DNA of 29,496 nucleotides from the NCBI GenBank assembly GCA_046542505.1, contig JBKHBH010000020.1, positions 1-29,496 of the forward strand. Reading direction: 5' to 3'. The DNA is from Thermovirgaceae bacterium (GTDB lineage: Bacteria; Synergistota; Synergistia; Synergistales; Thermovirgaceae). A program made the translations under genes and the position numbers. Below, one piece after another: positions 26,202 to 29,496 of this stretch. A model generated the notes under the pieces. That model searched no databases. It had not been told where the DNA came from and worked only from the letters and a program-made list of their open reading frames with translations. The first letter of the stretch is position 1. Every line of letters begins with the position of its first letter.

Positions 26202-28085
26202 TCATCTGCAATGTGTCTGGAGGGAATGTGCTTTCATGAGCTTTTTGCGCTCGGATTCGTCCAGGACGGACTTACGGATTCTGACGGAACGGGGCGTGAC
26301 CTCCACGAGTTCATTCATGGCGATCCACTCGAGGGCCTTTTCCAGCGTCATCTCGCGGGGCACGTCCAGCTTGATCCCCTGTTCTTTCGTCGATGCCCGG
26401 TGGTTGGTCATCTGTTTTTTCTTCGCGGGGTTACAGATCATGTCACCCGGGCGCGAGTGTTCGCCGATGACCATCCCCTCGTAAACCCTGTCCATGGGAC
26501 TGATAAAAAGGACACCTCGCTGCTGGAGGTTCTCCAGCTGATAGGCCGTGGCGATGCCCTTTCCCATGCTGATCATGGAACCCCTTTCCCGGAAGCGTAT
26601 TTCACCAGTCCATGGACCGTATCCGTTGAAGGAAGACGACATGATGCCCAGTCCTTTCGTGTCCGTCAGAAACTCGTTCCTGTATCCGATAAGACCCCGG
26701 GTCGGAATCTGGAAATCAAGTCTGACGAGCCCGGTTTGCAAGTTTTGGAGTCCCGACATGCGTCCTCTTCGGCGGGAAAGTTTTTCGAATACCACGCCTT
26801 GGAATTCCTCAGGAATGTCTATTGTCAGCACTTCCATGGGTTCGTATATTTTCCCTTTAAGAGTTTCCGTAATTACTTCCGGTTTTGAAACGCAGAATTC
26901 CAGACCCTCCCTCCGCATCTCCTCTATGAGGATGGCAAGGTGCAGTTCTCCACGTCCGGAGACCTTGACGCCGTCTGGTCGTCCCAAGTCTTCCATGTGA
27001 AGGGCCACGTTGGATTCAAGCTCCCGTTCGAGCCGGCTTTTGAGCTGCCTCAGCGTGATGGCCTGGCCTTCCTCACCGGCGAAGGGACTGTTGTTGACCA
27101 GGAAAAGCATGGAAACCGTTGGTTCCTCAATCGAAAGCGGCGGGAGTGTCACCGGTTCTTCAAGACTGGCGGAGAAGGTATCGCCGATGTTGATCTCAGC
27201 TGGTCCGGAAACCCATACGATATCACCTGCCGTAACTTCTTCGACCTCCACTCGGTCGAGCCCCCTTGTGACCCACAGTTGGGCTGCCTTTTCCGTGAAA
27301 ACCCCGGTCGCTTCCCAGGGCCCGTCCTGTTTTCCGGAATCGATCCATCTCGAAGTGGTCCGGACAAAGACTTCGCCCTTTTTGAGGTTTCCCTGGAGTA
27401 CTTTTCCGCAACCGATCCTGCCGATATATTCGTTCCATCCAAGGGTGGACACCTGCATGAGAAAAGGTCCTTCCATATGGGCCTTCGGCGGGCGGACGTG
27501 ATCGATGACGGCATCGAGCAGGGCATCCATGCCGTTTCGTTCATCCTCCTCGAGATCTTCCACGGCCCAGCCTTCGAGGCCGGATCCGTAGACAACTGGG
27601 AAATCCGCCTGCTCGTCGGAAGCGCCGAGCTCGATGAACAGGTCGAAAGTCCTGTTGAGAGCGTTGGCGGGATCGGAGCCAGGCCTGTCAGCCTTGTTGA
27701 TGAAAACCAGGGGCGTCAGTCCGATCTTCAGGGCATGCCGCAAGACGTAACGGGTTTGCGGCATGGGGCCTTCGTTGGCATCGACAAGTAGGAGCACGGA
27801 ATCGACGGTGGATAAAACCCGTTCTACTTCACCCGAGAAATCTGCGTGACCGGGGGTATCTACGAGGTTGATCAGATGCCCTTTCCATTCGACGGTACAG
27901 TGTTTGGACCGGATGGTGATGCCCCGTTCTTTTTCGATCGTTCCGCTGTCCATGACCCGTTCGGCGACCCGGGCGTTGTCCCTGAAAACCTTGGCGGCCT
28001 TGAACACGGCATCGATCAGCGTGGTCTTTCCATGATCGATATGGGCAATGACGGCAATATTCCTGATCTTTTCGACTGGATGCAT
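26202..28085 (-). CDS. typA: Translational GTPase TypA/BipA
   Basis: [61 protein letters not shown] 28085. Confidence 0.96.
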   Translation of the reverse strand: MHPVEKIRNIAVIAHIDHGKTTLIDAVFKAAKVFRDNARVAERVMDSGTIEKERGITIRSKHCTVEWKGHLINLVDTPGHADFSGEVERVLSTVDSVLLLVDANEGPMPQTRYVLRHALKIGLTPLVFINKADRPGSDPANALNRTFDLFIELGASDEQADFPVVYGSGLEGWAVEDLEEDERNGMDALLDAVIDHVRPPKAHMEGPFLMQVSTLGWNEYIGRIGCGKVLQGNLKKGEVFVRTTSRWIDSGKQDGPWEATGVFTEKAAQLWVTRGLDRVEVEEVTAGDIVWVSGPAEINIGDTFSASLEEPVTLPPLSIEEPTVSMLFLVNNSPFAGEEGQAITLRQLKSRLERELESNVALHMEDLGRPDGVKVSGRGELHLAILIEEMRREGLEFCVSKPEVITETLKGKIYEPMEVLTIDIPEEFQGVVFEKLSRRRGRMSGLQNLQTGLVRLDFQIPTRGLIGYRNEFLTDTKGLGIMSSSFNGYGPWTGEIRFRERGSMISMGKGIATAYQLENLQQRGVLFISPMDRVYEGMVIGEHSRPGDMICNPAKKKQMTNHRASTKEQGIKLDVPREMTLEKALEWIAMNELVEVTPRSVRIRKSVLDESERKKLMKAHSLQTHCR

Positions 28086-28465
28086 TGATTTCTCACATCT
28101 TTTTTCCGGATGTCCCGGGGATTTGGGATGAAGCAAAAAAAGCATCATATTACTCCGGACCTGTTGCGTCAAGAAGACCGTGGTCTCGACGCCTGCTCGA
28201 AAACAGGCCAAAAGGGTGGCCAAACCGATCGGAAGTGCTTCTTTGAGAAAACTGTTTTCGAGGAGCTAAAGAAGCAAAAAGATCAAGAAGCGGGCAGGTT
28301 CCTTTATTTCCAGTACAGCCTTGTAGAAGTGATAAAATGTTAACAGTAACGTTGTAATGATTTGAGGGAGTGAAAACGGCGTAATTTCAGGTTTGGTTGG
28401 AACTTTCGGTATAAGCGTTTTCTTTTTTTGCGGTTTTCCAAATAACGGCAAGGGAGGGTGATCAC

Positions 28466-29056
28466 ATGATTCGGAAGATGGCAGTGCTATTCGTGGCGGT
28501 GCTGATTTTGGCCGTTTGTACCTGTATGGCGCCAGCGGCGGAATTTATGGCTGACATGGTCATCAAGAGCGCACAGGGCGGAGAAATGCCGGGGAAGGTT
28601 TTTGTCAAGGGACAGAGAATGCGGCAGGAAATCGAAACGCCCCAGGGAGAGCAGGCGATGATACTGGACCCGGCGAAGAACATTCTCTATGTTCTCATGC
28701 CCGGAGCCCCCGTCTATATGGAGGTGGAGAACAAGGAAACGAGCGTGGTGGCCCTTGATGAAAACCAGACGCTCGAGTCCCGTTTCGAAGGGGAGGCAGA
28801 AGTGACCCATGAGGGTGTCGAGACCATTGAAGGGTATACCTGCGACAAATACTTCGTCGTTTTCCACGACCCGGAAATGGGAGAAAGCACCATCTGGGTA
28901 GCTGAAAAGATCAACTTCCCCATCAAGATCCATTCCAAAAACCCAAAGGATACCGTAACAGTGACCTATAGCGACATCAAGGAAGGTCCGGTGGACGATT
29001 CTTTATTTTCAGTTCCATCGGACTACCAGAAAATGGAGTTTGGTGTGTCGGGTTGA
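28466..29056 (+). CDS. Secreted DUF4412-like (LolA-like fold) protein
   Basis: Signal peptide ending APA-AEF, AEFMADM, GKVFVKG.RMR.E, G.ETIEGYTCDKY, DDSLFSVPSDY. RBS GGAGGG. Confidence 0.75.
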   Translation: MIRKMAVLFVAVLILAVCTCMAPAAEFMADMVIKSAQGGEMPGKVFVKGQRMRQEIETPQGEQAMILDPAKNILYVLMPGAPVYMEVENKETSVVALDENQTLESRFEGEAEVTHEGVETIEGYTCDKYFVVFHDPEMGESTIWVAEKINFPIKIHSKNPKDTVTVTYSDIKEGPVDDSLFSVPSDYQKMEFGVSG

Positions 29057-29079
29057 GATGAGTTTAGTCACGTCAGAGG

Positions 29080-29128
29080 AAAGGGCTCCCGGATGTATAG
29101 ATGCGACCGTTACCGGGGGCCCTTTTTT
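29080..29128. terminator. Probable bidirectional terminator between convergent genes
   Basis: AAAGGGCTCCCGG...CCGGGGGCCCTTTTTT stem with flanking A and T tracts. Confidence 0.6.
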
Positions 29129-29171
29129 GTGTTCGACGCACAGGGTGATGCTCGGGTGATCTCCCGGCGGG

Positions 29172-29285
29172 TTATTCATGTCTGAGGGCATCGACAGGAT
29201 TGAGACGGGACGCCTTCCATGCGGGGAAAAAACCGAAGAAAATGCCGATCGCAGCCGAAAAGCCAAAGGCAAGTATGATTGAAAA
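29172..29285 (-). pseudogene. 3' remnant of a MacB/FtsX-type ABC permease gene cut off by IS insertion
   Basis: Manual translation: [37 protein letters not shown], the characteristic MacB C-terminus. Homology stops where the IS sequence begins. Confidence 0.85.
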
Positions 29286-29496
29286 GGTGATTACTCAACA
29301 TCTGGCACGAAATCACACAGGAACTGGCAGAGTCTATGAAAAAGGTCGTGTTGCCTATAGTTATACCTGAACTCCAGCTCCTTGAAAGACAGAGGGAAGA
29401 ATTTTTCTCAAGACGCCATGGTGTTTTATCAACCGCTTCTGGGCGAAACTCCAGAATCCCTCCAGCCCGTTGATATAGACCTTGCCGCTTGAGAAA
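29286..29496 (-). mobile_element. IS1595-family element, right end with frameshifted DDE transposase C-terminus (runs off the window)
   Basis: Manual translation: FSSGKVYINGLEGFWSFAQKRLIKHHGV, then a +1 shift at the A5 run (29402-29406), then FFPLSFKELEFRYNYR...DFVPDVE* (stop 29291-29293). N..E.FW and KE.EFRYN are IS1595/ISXO2 signatures. Putative terminus GGTGATTACTC at 29286. Confidence 0.85.

Noticed and set aside
1..29496. CRISPR arrays, tRNA or rRNA genes, prophage
   Set aside because: No regularly spaced repeats, cloverleaf or rRNA signatures, or phage genes were seen.

Overview
Bacterial chromosomal window from a GC-rich, probably anaerobic amino-acid fermenter. The ord gene and general gene content suggest Synergistota, but this is inference only. 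Bases 1-11362 hold a dense methanogen/methylotroph-type C1 island in two convergent operons. The + operon runs orf20-like (cut by the left edge), DUF447, mptG, ftr/fhcD, fwdC/fhcC, mch, RimK-like orf5, CitG-like orf7, mfnD, mfnF and mfnE. The - operon runs a QueD/PTPS protein with the hybrid CExxHGH motif, a HisA-like protein and mfnB. Next come an ADP-ribosylglycohydrolase and a FecB/BtuF-type ABC importer whose promoter carries a NikR-like palindrome. The rest is mostly housekeeping: a degenerate rnk-like gene, an S66 peptidase, a crotonase, an EEP hydrolase, a USP, an orphan ord, a DEGD-variant DEAD-box helicase, an Fe-S flavoprotein, YibE/F, a hypothetical protein, wrbA, typA and a secreted DUF4412-like protein. 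At the right edge, missed by the ORF track, a frameshifted IS1595-family transposase abuts the stranded 3' end of a MacB-type permease gene. All calls rest on motif recognition by eye; no searches were run.
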